Positions 1 through 9,510 of a DNA stretch of 64,000 nt are shown here, piece by piece (position 1 is the stretch's first letter; the number at the start of each line of letters is the position of its first letter). The stretch comes from Patescibacteria group bacterium (GTDB lineage: Bacteria; Patescibacteriota; Patescibacteriia; JAHIZJ01): assembly GCA_028714495.1 (NCBI GenBank), contig JAQTMH010000004.1:128232-192231 (forward strand), read 5' to 3'. The translations under genes and the position numbers were made by a program. The notes under the pieces are model-generated. The model saw nothing but the letters and a program-made list of their open reading frames with translations, made no database searches and was not told the DNA's origin.

Positions 1-261
1 CTAGTCCTTTTGGATCTAATACTGCCAAAAATGCCCGGTGAACAAGTGCTAAAAACAATGAATGATAATGGTTTAATAAAAAAAATTCCGGTAATTGTCC
101 TGTCATGTAAGGGCGATGAAGTAACCATACAACATTGTTTAAACGTGTTAGGGGCCTGCGATTATTTACATAAAGGCGGCTTTCAGCCAAAGATAATAGT
201 AAGGAGGGTCAGAAAGGTATTAAAGAAATTCAAAAAAGACGGTACTTCCATTAATTATTAA
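1..261 (+). CDS. CheY-like response regulator receiver domain (5' end outside window)
   Basis: Frame open from base 1: LVLLDLILPKMPG (phosphoacceptor Asp), IPVIVLS, GACDYLHK. Confidence 0.85.
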   Translation, partial: LVLLDLILPKMPGEQVLKTMNDNGLIKKIPVIVLSCKGDEVTIQHCLNVLGACDYLHKGGFQPKIIVRRVRKVLKKFKKDGTSINY

Positions 262-265
262 TATT

Positions 266-643
266 ATGAAAACAATTTTACTTATTGAGGATGATCTGTC
301 GTTAACCCGTATGTACCAGCGAATCTTTGACGAAAACAGCGGTTTTATATTGAAAATTGCCTGGGATGGTGAGGAGGGTCTGCGAAGCGCAAAAACGGTA
401 ATGCCGGATCTAGTTTTATTAGACATCATCCTGCCGAAGATTGACGGTATTGAGGTTTTAAGGAGAATCAAAAAAGATATCAAGACGATGGGTATACCGG
501 TTATTATGCTAACTAATCTCAGCGACTCGGTAAATGTGGCCGATGCCATCACCTTGGGTGCCCGGGGATATCTTGTGAAAGCTAATTACACGCCGGACGA
601 AATATTACAGCAAGTCAGAGATTTTTTGAATCAAAAAATATAA
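266..643 (+). CDS. Single-domain response regulator (receiver)
   Basis: ILLIEDD, PDLVLLDIILPKIDG, IPVIMLTN, GYLVK; no output domain. Confidence 0.93.
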   Translation: MKTILLIEDDLSLTRMYQRIFDENSGFILKIAWDGEEGLRSAKTVMPDLVLLDIILPKIDGIEVLRRIKKDIKTMGIPVIMLTNLSDSVNVADAITLGARGYLVKANYTPDEILQQVRDFLNQKI

Positions 644-671
644 ATTTAATATATTAATCAGACAAAAAAAT

Positions 672-1100
672 ATGGCAAAAATTTTACTTATCGAAGACGA
701 TCCTTTAATGGTTCGTATGTATCAGCGTAAATTCAAAGCCGATGGGCACGATCTTGGGATTGCTTTGGATGGTGAGGAGGGTTTAGTCAAGGTGCGTGAA
801 TTCAAGCCCGATTTGGTTTTATTGGATATTATGATGCCGAAGCTCGACGGCTTGGAAGTACTGAAAAGGATGAAAGCCGATTCCAAGCTAAAAAGCATTC
901 CGGTTATTTTATTGACAAATTTGGGAGCCTCAGAAGAGGATGTTAACCGCGGGCTGGAGCTGGGAGCAGTGGCGTATCTCATTAAAAGCGAATATCAACC
1001 CGATGAGGTCGTGACTAAGGTCAAGGAAATATTAGCCGGTTACACTCATGACCAGGAAATTCCAAAAGTATCTGGTGCGAAGAAAAAAAGGTCGGGGTAA
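672..1100 (+). CDS. Single-domain response regulator (receiver)
   Basis: ILLIEDD, PDLVLLDIMMPKLDG, IPVILLTN, AYLIK; short basic tail. Confidence 0.93.
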   Translation: MAKILLIEDDPLMVRMYQRKFKADGHDLGIALDGEEGLVKVREFKPDLVLLDIMMPKLDGLEVLKRMKADSKLKSIPVILLTNLGASEEDVNRGLELGAVAYLIKSEYQPDEVVTKVKEILAGYTHDQEIPKVSGAKKKRSG

Positions 1101-1124
1101 ATCTGAAAATACAGACGGCCTCGA

Positions 1125-4100
1125 TTGCGAATAGTTCTAAATAGTATGAGTTTTCTTGAAAAACGACCAATAAAAAAAATCGCGGTACTGGTGCTTATGA
1201 CCGGTTTTTTGATCTGGGCATATAATCCTCAAATTCTTTCAGCTGATGATTCTGTAACATTACTACCTTCGGCTGACGGTACAGATGATAGCGCTAATTG
1301 GACAAATACTGTGCCCACTGCTTGTAATAGCACGGATTGCTTTGTAGAAGTTGATGAAAGCAGCGGCGCAACGTGTACCAATAGCGACGGCGATAGTTCT
1401 TATATCGTCAGTAGCACTAATGGCGCGAATCAAACTTTTGATATTGACGAGTCAAGTATTCCAAATAACGCCGTAATAACCCAGATTACCGTTGTTACTT
1501 GTGATAAAAGAGGCGAGGGAGGAGCAAAAATGCGAACGAGAATATGTGTTGATGGGACCTGCACTAATTCAGGAACAGATATCGCTTTAGACAGTTCATA
1601 CTTAGAACATTCTCAAGCTCATGCCGTTAGTATCACAAAAACAGCCGGTACGGATATTGAGATTGGCGTATCAAACACTGCGGCCAAAAGCGCCAGGGTC
1701 AGTAAAATTTCGGCAATCATTACGTATGATGCGACCGCCCCGGCGGCAGTAACTAACCTAGCTGCCTCCAATGCCACTGGTTCATCAATTGATCTTTCTT
1801 GGACTGCGCCAGGAGATGACGGAGACACAGGAACTGCTGCTACCTATGACGTTCGTTACTCCACCTCAACTATTACCGAAGGGAATTGGTCATCAGCTAC
1901 CCAAGTCTCAGGCGAGCCTGTGCCATCCATTGCCGGTTCAAGTGAATCAATGACCGTTTCTGGCCTAAACTCCAATACAACCTATTACTTTGCCTTGAAA
2001 ACTTCAGATGAAGCGCCAAATGTTTCCGGGATTTCCAATGTACCCAGTCTGGCCACTTTAGATATTACAGCCCCAGCCGCCGTCTCTAATCTGGCTGCTA
2101 CTAATGCCACTGGCTCATCAATTGATCTTTCTTGGACCGCGCCAGGTGACGACGTAAATAGCGGGACTGCCAGTTTGTACGATGTTCGCTACTCCACCTC
2201 AAATATTACCGGAGGAAACTGGTCATCAGCTACCCAAGCCACAGGCGAGCCAACACCTTCCATTGCCGGTTCAACTGAATCAATAACCGTTTCTGGCCTT
2301 AATTCTGAAACTGCTTACTATTTTGCTCTTAAAACTTCAGATGAGGTGCCGAATGTTTCCGGACTTTCTAATGTACCCAGTTTGGCCACGCTCGATATCA
2401 CGGCGCCGGTCATAAGCAATATCTCCAGCGGCACTCCTGGCGAGACATCGGCGACTATCACCTGGGATACGAATGAAGCGGCCACTTCGCAGGTTGAGTA
2501 TGGTCCCACAACGAGCTATGGCTCGATGACGACCCTGGATGCTGATTTGGTTACCGCGCACTCGGTTGCCATTACCGGTTTAACTCGTGATACCGACTAT
2601 CATTTCCGCGTTAAATCAAAGGACGCTTCCAGTATTGAAGCAGTGTCAGGCGACGAATCTTTTACCACTAGCGTGCTTCCTGGCCCGGTTATTTCAAATA
2701 TTTCCTCATCCAATATCAAACAGACTGAAGCTGCTATCACTTGGACTACTGATACAGCCAGCACTTCGCAGGTTCTCTATGGTACAACCATTGGTAATTA
2801 TACGGAATCGACAGTTTTAGATACAGATCTAGTCACTTCTCATTCTGTGTCACTGACCGGGCTGGCCGCGGCCACTGTTTATTATTATGTGGTTCAATCA
2901 GTGGATGCCGGTTCTCACGCTTCTGTTTCCTCGGAGTATTTTTTTACCACTTTGAACAGCAATGCCCCTCCAGACACTGTTCCGCCAGAAATTTATAGCA
3001 TAACGGTCTCGGATATAACTCAGACAGCCGCGACAATTGCCTGGACGACTGATGAAGCGGCCACTTCACAGGTTGAGTATGGTTTAACCGCTGATTACGG
3101 CTACAGCAGCGCTTTAGACAGCACCATTGTTACCGCTCATTCTATTTCCCTAGCCGAATTGGAGGGGGGGACACTCTATCATTTCCGAGTTAAATCAAAA
3201 GATAATTCGGATAACGAGGGAGTATCGGCTGATCAGAATTTTACCACTGAATCAGGCGAAGAATTACCTCCGGAGGAAAATGACACTACTCCGCCGGTTA
3301 TTTCCGATTTAGTAGCAAACAGTATTACTGACAGTCAGGCCACAATAATTTGGGTAACAGACGAAGCGGCAACCTCGCGGGTTTTTTACGGAACAACGAG
3401 CGGCGGTTATTCTAATATTACTTCAGAGGATGCGACAAAAGTACTGTCTCACAGCAGGGTGATTAGCGGGCTGTCCTCGTCAACTAGTTATTATTATATT
3501 GTCAAATCAAAAGACGCTTCGGGCAATGAAGCCAGTTCAGGCGAAAAATTTTTTATTACAGCCAAACCGGCACCGACGGCGCCCGGTGCTCCGGGAACTA
3601 CTAAACCAAAGACTTCACCCGGTGGAACAGTAACAGAAAAAGAGATTTTACCTACCCAGGGGGATACTACTCCGCCTGTAGTGACGCTTGAAAAAATTAC
3701 CCCCAATCCCACCGATAATCAGAAACCGACGATAACCGGAACAGCCACAGACCAAGACGGTGTCATCGCCAGCCTGGCCATTTCGCTTAATGACGGAAAA
3801 ACCTGGCATCCGGTCACAACTATAGAGGGTCTGGGTGCAGATAAAGCGGTTTTTACCTATATTCCCGCGCTTTTGGAAGACGGCGATTTTTCCATTAAGG
3901 CCAGAGCCCGGGATAACAGCGGAAATGAAGGATTTTCCGAAACCCAGGCGCTAGTCATAGATTTACTCCCTCCGATTTTTGGAGGAAAAAGCATCTTGAT
4001 CGGCAACCAATCCGCGTCCATATCTTACGATGGCACTGTTAATTCAGTCGTCGGCTTGACCCAAAAAATCGTAATTTCTGCCAAAGGCGGGCCAACAGCG

Positions 4101-5108
4101 ATGACAGTGGCGGCCCAGTCACAAAATAGCAAAGAACCGGATCAGATTTTTGACTTGCGTTATGTCGAGTCGGAAAATCTTTGGGCCGGCGATTTGGTTT
4201 TTGCCTCGAGCGGTATTTATAATCTTGAGCTTACCGCTAAAGATGGGGCTGGCCATATTACCAACCAGGTCTTGAATGCTATTATCGTTCAACCAGCCGG
4301 CGAAGTTCTGGAGGCAAAAACAGGCCGACCGGTTTCTGAAGCACGAGTAGCCCTTTACCAACGCGATTCGTCCACAAATCAGTGGATATTATGGCCAGCC
4401 GAAGCCTTTGGCCAGCATAACCCGCAGGTTACTGGCGAAAATGGTGAGTATCAGTTTTTTGTCCAGCCGGGCCAGTACTATCTTGAAGTTTATAAGGAAG
4501 ATTGGCAGTTGACGGTAAGTCGAATTATTACTTTAGATATGAACGGGCCGATCAGTGGTGACATTCTTCTTACCAAAAAACCCAGCCTTCATCTAGGAAT
4601 AATCGATATCACTCTGTCTCCATGGTCCATCTTTGCCAAGTCCGTGACCGTCTCTCCGTCAACCTCTACCCAGGAATCGTCAAGCCATCTTTTTGATCAG
4701 GTTATCGGCCAGCCAGCGCCTGAATTCATCCTGGCTGATTCCAACGGCGGAAAAAATTGGTTATCCGACCAACGAGGCAAAAAAGTGGTTATTTCAGTCT
4801 GGAATACCTGGGACAGCAAATCTCAAGAACAGCTGGCCTGGCTTGAACAAGTTGCCGAGAAAAAAGGAATTTATACGACCATCCTCCCTTTGGTGCTGCA
4901 GGAAAGTCCGAGTAAGGTACAGACATACCTCAAACGGGGAGGGTATTCCATCGTCAGTCTGGTTGATACGACAGGCGCCTTTACCACATTATTTCCCGTC
5001 ATATCCGTCCCCCAGCACTTCTTCATTGATCGCAAGGGCATTCTGCGTGATATTTATGTTGGTTTTTTAGATGAAGACGACCTGATTCAAAAAGTCGACG
5101 CTTTATAG
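1125..5108 (+). CDS. Large secreted/surface protein: FN3 repeats, Ig-like domain, carboxypeptidase-regulatory-like domain, C-terminal TlpA/AhpC-like redoxin fold
   Basis: N-terminal hydrophobic segment; repeated LSWTAPGDD...YYFALKT and ITWxTDEAATSQVEYG...YHFRVKSKD units; C-terminal GQPAPEFILAD...RGKKVVISVWNTW...PQHFFIDRKG. Start may be ATG 1146. Confidence 0.85.
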   Translation: MRIVLNSMSFLEKRPIKKIAVLVLMTGFLIWAYNPQILSADDSVTLLPSADGTDDSANWTNTVPTACNSTDCFVEVDESSGATCTNSDGDSSYIVSSTNGANQTFDIDESSIPNNAVITQITVVTCDKRGEGGAKMRTRICVDGTCTNSGTDIALDSSYLEHSQAHAVSITKTAGTDIEIGVSNTAAKSARVSKISAIITYDATAPAAVTNLAASNATGSSIDLSWTAPGDDGDTGTAATYDVRYSTSTITEGNWSSATQVSGEPVPSIAGSSESMTVSGLNSNTTYYFALKTSDEAPNVSGISNVPSLATLDITAPAAVSNLAATNATGSSIDLSWTAPGDDVNSGTASLYDVRYSTSNITGGNWSSATQATGEPTPSIAGSTESITVSGLNSETAYYFALKTSDEVPNVSGLSNVPSLATLDITAPVISNISSGTPGETSATITWDTNEAATSQVEYGPTTSYGSMTTLDADLVTAHSVAITGLTRDTDYHFRVKSKDASSIEAVSGDESFTTSVLPGPVISNISSSNIKQTEAAITWTTDTASTSQVLYGTTIGNYTESTVLDTDLVTSHSVSLTGLAAATVYYYVVQSVDAGSHASVSSEYFFTTLNSNAPPDTVPPEIYSITVSDITQTAATIAWTTDEAATSQVEYGLTADYGYSSALDSTIVTAHSISLAELEGGTLYHFRVKSKDNSDNEGVSADQNFTTESGEELPPEENDTTPPVISDLVANSITDSQATIIWVTDEAATSRVFYGTTSGGYSNITSEDATKVLSHSRVISGLSSSTSYYYIVKSKDASGNEASSGEKFFITAKPAPTAPGAPGTTKPKTSPGGTVTEKEILPTQGDTTPPVVTLEKITPNPTDNQKPTITGTATDQDGVIASLAISLNDGKTWHPVTTIEGLGADKAVFTYIPALLEDGDFSIKARARDNSGNEGFSETQALVIDLLPPIFGGKSILIGNQSASISYDGTVNSVVGLTQKIVISAKGGPTAMTVAAQSQNSKEPDQIFDLRYVESENLWAGDLVFASSGIYNLELTAKDGAGHITNQVLNAIIVQPAGEVLEAKTGRPVSEARVALYQRDSSTNQWILWPAEAFGQHNPQVTGENGEYQFFVQPGQYYLEVYKEDWQLTVSRIITLDMNGPISGDILLTKKPSLHLGIIDITLSPWSIFAKSVTVSPSTSTQESSSHLFDQVIGQPAPEFILADSNGGKNWLSDQRGKKVVISVWNTWDSKSQEQLAWLEQVAEKKGIYTTILPLVLQESPSKVQTYLKRGGYSIVSLVDTTGAFTTLFPVISVPQHFFIDRKGILRDIYVGFLDEDDLIQKVDAL
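1727..2395 (+). repeat. Intragenic tandem duplication, two 333-bp (111 aa) FN3 units
   Basis: aatgccactgg(t/c)tcatcaattgatctttcttggac at about 1770 and 2103; high DNA identity across the units; boundaries approximate. Confidence 0.85.
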
Positions 5109-5136
5109 AATAATAATTCAAAAGTAGAAAAAACAT

Positions 5137-6720
5137 ATGTGGTACAATTTCTGGTTACAAAACAGCCATTTCGGTGTCGAGATTTTTATCGGCTTAGTTT
5201 TTTTCGCCACGGCCTGGCTCTATCTTGACTCCTGGGGAGCGAAAAAAGAAGCCAAGACATTACTGCGAGCCCTAGGGTTTTTTTCTTTGGCTCTTTGGGC
5301 TGTGCTGGGCGCCACTTCATCGGAATTTTCCGCCTTACGATTAATCGAGACAATCGCCAAATTTACCGGTTTGGCTTTTGTTCTGATAAGTTTTATCATT
5401 GATCCCGTGCCAAAAATTCCTAGGCTCAAGAAATCAAGCCTTAAGAAAAAGGCATCTGGCATTATTCCGGTGGCGTTGAGTACGAGTGTTTTTTTCCAGC
5501 CAAGCGTTTTTTCCTCCATTCTTTTGTTAGTGATATCCTGTCTTATTTTGATCCGGTTCACCAAGGGGTTGATAAAAGAATGGCGCGGACTTTTCTTGGC
5601 CTTCTTGCTATTCACCCTTTCTGAACTAATAACCATCCTTTACTTTTGGCAAGATTCTTCAAATATCGTGATTTCACGGATTTTGCAGACATATGGGGCG
5701 GTCTGGTTTACGGAACACGGATTAAAACTGTTGGGGTTTATCATCCTGGCCCGTTGGACCTGGGGGTATATTCGTTTTCGGCTGGTGCCCCAGTTTTTCA
5801 TCACTTATCTAACTATAATTTTTCTTATTTTTGTTGGTACGACATTCGCTTTCACCACCATTTTGCTGCGCACCGTTGAGCAGGATCAGCTAACTCAGCT
5901 CAAAGTAAACGTACAAACTGTGGAATATGCCATTGATCAGCTTGATAATGAAGCCGTGCTCGCGGCAAAAATCGCTTCGGAAAATGTGGCGGTCAAGGAT
6001 GCCCTAGCCAATCAAGACGTTGAGACTCTTTATGCGGTTACTAACCGTTTGATGCTGGAGAATGGAACTGACTTCTTTATCGTAGTTAACGACGGAGCTG
6101 ATGTATTAATCCGCGCCGAGGATAGGAGTAAAATCGGAGATAATTTGGCTGACGACCCGGTGGTGGGGCGGGCATTTGAGGGACGGTCAGTGGCCTCTGC
6201 CGCCACCGAAGAAGACATAACCGCGCCCATTGTTTCTATTCGCGCGGCCAGTCCCGTGCTGTCCAGTGAAGGGAAAATAATTGGCGCTGTAATTACTGGC
6301 TATATCATTGATAATGCTTTTGTTGATGGCGTAAAAAAAGTTACTGATCTTGATGTGACAATTTTTGGCGGGAAATATCGTTCGGCCACTACATTATTCA
6401 CGCCCGGCAGCACTTCCCGTGATACTGGACTGGTTGAGACAGACACGCGGGTTGTTGATCAGGTGCTGACAAAAGCCGGAAGATTCACCAGCTCGATCAA
6501 TGTATTGAACACGCCATTTTATGCGGCTTATGCTCCGCTTTTGGATATTGACAATACGGTTATTGGCATGCTGTCTATTGGCCGGCCGCAAAGTGAATTA
6601 CTGGCGGCAACTGATAAGACCATCAGAACGACTTTTATCATTTCAGTCATCCTGATGATGCTGGCAATGCTCCCGGCCTATTTTCTGGCCAGGTATATTT
6701 CCCGTTATCAGAGGGTTTAG
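5137..6720 (+). CDS. Multi-pass membrane protein with extracellular Cache sensor domain and no cytoplasmic output domain
   Basis: About 7 N-terminal TM helices; Cache-like motifs (IRAASPV...GKIIGAVITG, YAAYAPLLD...IGMLSIG); ends just after the final TM. Confidence 0.75.
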   Translation: MWYNFWLQNSHFGVEIFIGLVFFATAWLYLDSWGAKKEAKTLLRALGFFSLALWAVLGATSSEFSALRLIETIAKFTGLAFVLISFIIDPVPKIPRLKKSSLKKKASGIIPVALSTSVFFQPSVFSSILLLVISCLILIRFTKGLIKEWRGLFLAFLLFTLSELITILYFWQDSSNIVISRILQTYGAVWFTEHGLKLLGFIILARWTWGYIRFRLVPQFFITYLTIIFLIFVGTTFAFTTILLRTVEQDQLTQLKVNVQTVEYAIDQLDNEAVLAAKIASENVAVKDALANQDVETLYAVTNRLMLENGTDFFIVVNDGADVLIRAEDRSKIGDNLADDPVVGRAFEGRSVASAATEEDITAPIVSIRAASPVLSSEGKIIGAVITGYIIDNAFVDGVKKVTDLDVTIFGGKYRSATTLFTPGSTSRDTGLVETDTRVVDQVLTKAGRFTSSINVLNTPFYAAYAPLLDIDNTVIGMLSIGRPQSELLAATDKTIRTTFIISVILMMLAMLPAYFLARYISRYQRV

Positions 6721-6820
6721 ATTAGTTAGGACTTACGCGCTTGCCGCTTTCATTAAAAGGAAAAGGTTGTCGGTCTGTCCCACACTCGGATCCGGGGCGA
6801 CTCGCGGAGCAAACTTTTTC

Positions 6821-6855
6821 AAAAAATAATCGCTAGCTTTGGCGGTTATTTTTTT
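6821..6855. terminator. Bidirectional intrinsic terminator
   Basis: aaaaaataatcgcta-gctt-tggcggttattttttt hairpin with A/T tails. Confidence 0.6.
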
Positions 6856-6927
6856 GGTAAAATTGATAACCCGAATAGGATTCGAACTATATTTATGCTA
6901 GACTTAAATATACGATAATAAAAAATA

Positions 6928-7575
6928 ATGACTATTTGGGATAAGATATATAAAAATTACCAGAAAGGTGGTCCTGCATGGGCGACAATTGAGGGTAGAA
7001 TTTTACCTCAGTTTATTAATTTTTTAAAATTTAACAAATTTAATATTAAACATGCCCTGGAAATAGGTTGTGGTATGGGTAAATATCTAGTGATTTTAAA
7101 AGAACTTGGTTTCAAAACTGATGGTATCGATTCCAGTATTACAGCAATGCAGATGACTAAAAATAACCTCAAAGATGATTCAAATATTATATTGGCTGAT
7201 ATGTTTGAATATGAGATACCTAAAAATAAATACGATCTGATTTTTTCAATCTTTTCTGTCCATCATGGGCTCAAGAACCAAGTTAAAAGCGTAATTGATG
7301 AAATATATTCTTCGCTGATGTCAAATGGAAAGTTTTTTATCACATTGCCTGATTATAACAGCAGTAAGAGTTGGGATACATTTAAAAATAACAAAGATCT
7401 AGGAAACGGGGTTTTTACTCCACTTTCTGGACCAGAAAAAGGATTACCGCATAGTTTCTACAACCGTAAAGAAGTATATGCATTATTTAATAAATTTACT
7501 GATATTAAAGTTGAATTAGAAAAAAGTGGTAAGATTGTTCACGGTAACTGGATAATCTCTGGCAAAAAGCTATAG
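6928..7575 (+). CDS. Class I SAM-dependent methyltransferase
   Basis: ALEIGCGMG motif I, GIDSS, YDLIFS; markedly AT-rich compared with neighbours. Confidence 0.88.
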   Translation: MTIWDKIYKNYQKGGPAWATIEGRILPQFINFLKFNKFNIKHALEIGCGMGKYLVILKELGFKTDGIDSSITAMQMTKNNLKDDSNIILADMFEYEIPKNKYDLIFSIFSVHHGLKNQVKSVIDEIYSSLMSNGKFFITLPDYNSSKSWDTFKNNKDLGNGVFTPLSGPEKGLPHSFYNRKEVYALFNKFTDIKVELEKSGKIVHGNWIISGKKL

Positions 7576-7620
7576 ATTATTTTCAACTTACCCGCGGATC
7601 TCAATCCTCAGAAAACAATA

Positions 7621-7648
7621 AACTGCCCTCTCATCGAAGGCGGTTTTT
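7621..7648 (-). terminator. Hairpin terminator, copy 1 of a 28-bp direct repeat
   Basis: aactgccctctcatcgaaggcggttttt, similar to 8353-8380. Confidence 0.6.
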
Positions 7649-7649
7649 G

Positions 7650-8270
7650 TTACTTTGTCCAACCAGATATGGGTATCTTGGCGATCTTTTTCAACGAGAA
7701 ACCCGTTGATGTATAGCTGACCTCAAAAGAATATTCCCGTGCTGGATTAATGACGCTAAAATATTTCGGTCGGTCTCTGAAGATGCACTTTGCCTTGCGG
7801 AGTGCGTCTATGCCACGATCCGGCTGGTCTTTGAATTTAGTCACGTCTGAACCATAAGTATTGGTTAGCTCCTCGATGAGTTTCTTCGACGACGAATCGC
7901 TTACCTTGGTTTCCACATAGATAAAAGGCTTTCCGTGGTCAAATACGCAGATATCCATCAGATGGTATTCAAAAGCGCAGTCGGACACGGCGTAGCCATG
8001 CTCGGTGATTAGTTTAACGAAAGTCGCGAACTGGACGAAGTATTCGCGGTTAAGCGTAAACGCGTCATACCATTTTTTCTTCTGACTTGGCAGCGAAAAC
8101 AGATTGCCATCTATCTCTATCAGTCCCTGAACAACGCCTTTGTGAATCAGGTTGATTTCCTTTTGGGTGATAAATCTCGAATGCTTTGGTTCGTTCGCCA
8201 CTTTTTTAACCAGACCTTCAGCCGCTTTGCTTAGGGTTCGCTCAAACCATTTTTTTATATCATCACCCAT
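7650..8270 (-). CDS. Hypothetical protein, possible PD-(D/E)xK nuclease (HsdR N-terminal-like)
   Basis: FEYHLMDICVFDHGKPFIYVETK fits E...D...ExK restriction-endonuclease spacing. Confidence 0.55.
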   Translation of the reverse strand: MGDDIKKWFERTLSKAAEGLVKKVANEPKHSRFITQKEINLIHKGVVQGLIEIDGNLFSLPSQKKKWYDAFTLNREYFVQFATFVKLITEHGYAVSDCAFEYHLMDICVFDHGKPFIYVETKVSDSSSKKLIEELTNTYGSDVTKFKDQPDRGIDALRKAKCIFRDRPKYFSVINPAREYSFEVSYTSTGFSLKKIAKIPISGWTK

Positions 8271-8352
8271 TGTTTTTTCTTCTTTGATAAAAATTAATTT
8301 TCATGACTTTATTTTAGCTCTTTTATACATTTACTTCAAATTAACAATATAG

Positions 8353-8380
8353 AACCACCCTCTCATCGAGGGCGGTCTTT
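8353..8380 (-). terminator. Hairpin terminator, copy 2 of a 28-bp direct repeat
   Basis: aaccaccctctcatcgagggcggtcttt downstream of dedA. Confidence 0.6.
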
Positions 8381-8403
8381 ATGTTGCGTTTTTCCTTAGA
8401 TGA

Positions 8404-9021
8404 TTAGCTATTCCGATGTTTCAAATGACGCCAGATATACCAGACTACAACCAAAATAATTAGTATCCCTATGGCTAAATCAAAGCTGTGGAGCTTTTCG
8501 CGGATGAGTTCCCAGTTTTCACCCATTTTCACGCCCAGCCAGGCAAAAAGCGCTGACCAGAGAAGGGCGCCAGCCAGGGTATAAATCGAGAAGCGTTTAA
8601 GATTCATCTTGGCGATGCCGGCGGGAAAAGAAATGTAGGTTCGGACAATTGGCAGAAGCCGGCCGAAAAACACAGTTAAATCGCCGTGCTTCCTAAACCA
8701 TTGATCAGCCGTATCCAAATCATGGCCGGAGATTAAAATGTATTTTCCGTATTTCTCGATTAACGGCCGACCGCCTTTGGCGCCGATCCAATAAGCCAGC
8801 AGTGAACCAGCCAGATTTCCGATTGCCCCAAAAGCGACAATCAACCAGAGAGACATTTTTCCTTCGGCCACGAGCCAGCCGGAAAACGGCATAATCACCT
8901 CCGAGGGCATTGGAATGCCGCAGCTTTCAATCAGCATCAGGAAAAAAACCCCGCCATAACCCAAGAAATCGATTGTCCGCGTGACGATATTTGCCAGGAA
9001 ATCAATTAGGCTCGTAACCAT
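8404..9021 (-). CDS. dedA: DedA family membrane protein
   Basis: LIESCGIPMPSEVIMPFSG and FFGRLLPIVRTYISFPAG motifs. Confidence 0.92.
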   Translation of the reverse strand: MVTSLIDFLANIVTRTIDFLGYGGVFFLMLIESCGIPMPSEVIMPFSGWLVAEGKMSLWLIVAFGAIGNLAGSLLAYWIGAKGGRPLIEKYGKYILISGHDLDTADQWFRKHGDLTVFFGRLLPIVRTYISFPAGIAKMNLKRFSIYTLAGALLWSALFAWLGVKMGENWELIREKLHSFDLAIGILIILVVVWYIWRHLKHRNS

Positions 9022-9153
9022 AAAAATCTTTTACTTGATCCTTTGATAATTAGCTCTTTTGCATTGTACCACATTTTAATAATCGCCAATATCGCCAGCT
9101 AGGCGATTATCTGATAAAATGGAGATATATTTGATAATTAAACGATTAACATT

Positions 9154-9426
9154 ATGGAGAATAAAAAACAGTTTACCGCTGAAGAAGCCAAGAAAATCGG
9201 CGAGGGTCTGGGAATAGACTGGAGCAAATTCAACGTCGAAGAATTTCGGATGGGCCTGGGGGTTGAGCTGGAACATGGCTTAATCGATCCCCTGACAAAT
9301 GTTACGAACGATGACCCGATCACAACCGGCAAAATCGCCCTGGCCCACCTGAATGAATTTCCCGACTACTACCAGAGATTGTCAAAGATGGAGATTGAAG
9401 CGGAAGAATTCTACGCCAAGAAATAA
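9154..9426 (+). CDS. Small conserved protein (DUF5661-like)
   Basis: GLGVELEH...TGKIALAHLNEFPDYYQRL signature. Confidence 0.75.
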   Translation: MENKKQFTAEEAKKIGEGLGIDWSKFNVEEFRMGLGVELEHGLIDPLTNVTNDDPITTGKIALAHLNEFPDYYQRLSKMEIEAEEFYAKK

Positions 9427-9510
9427 TACGACCCCTTCTTAGATAATACGAAAATTCGGTATTTGTGGTAAAATATTAATGGCAAGAAGTGAGTTACTAA
9501 CACCCCAGCT

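Noticed and set aside
6726-6740. ttaggacttacgc as a possible IS end
   Set aside because: No partner inverted repeat or transposase found; too short to support.
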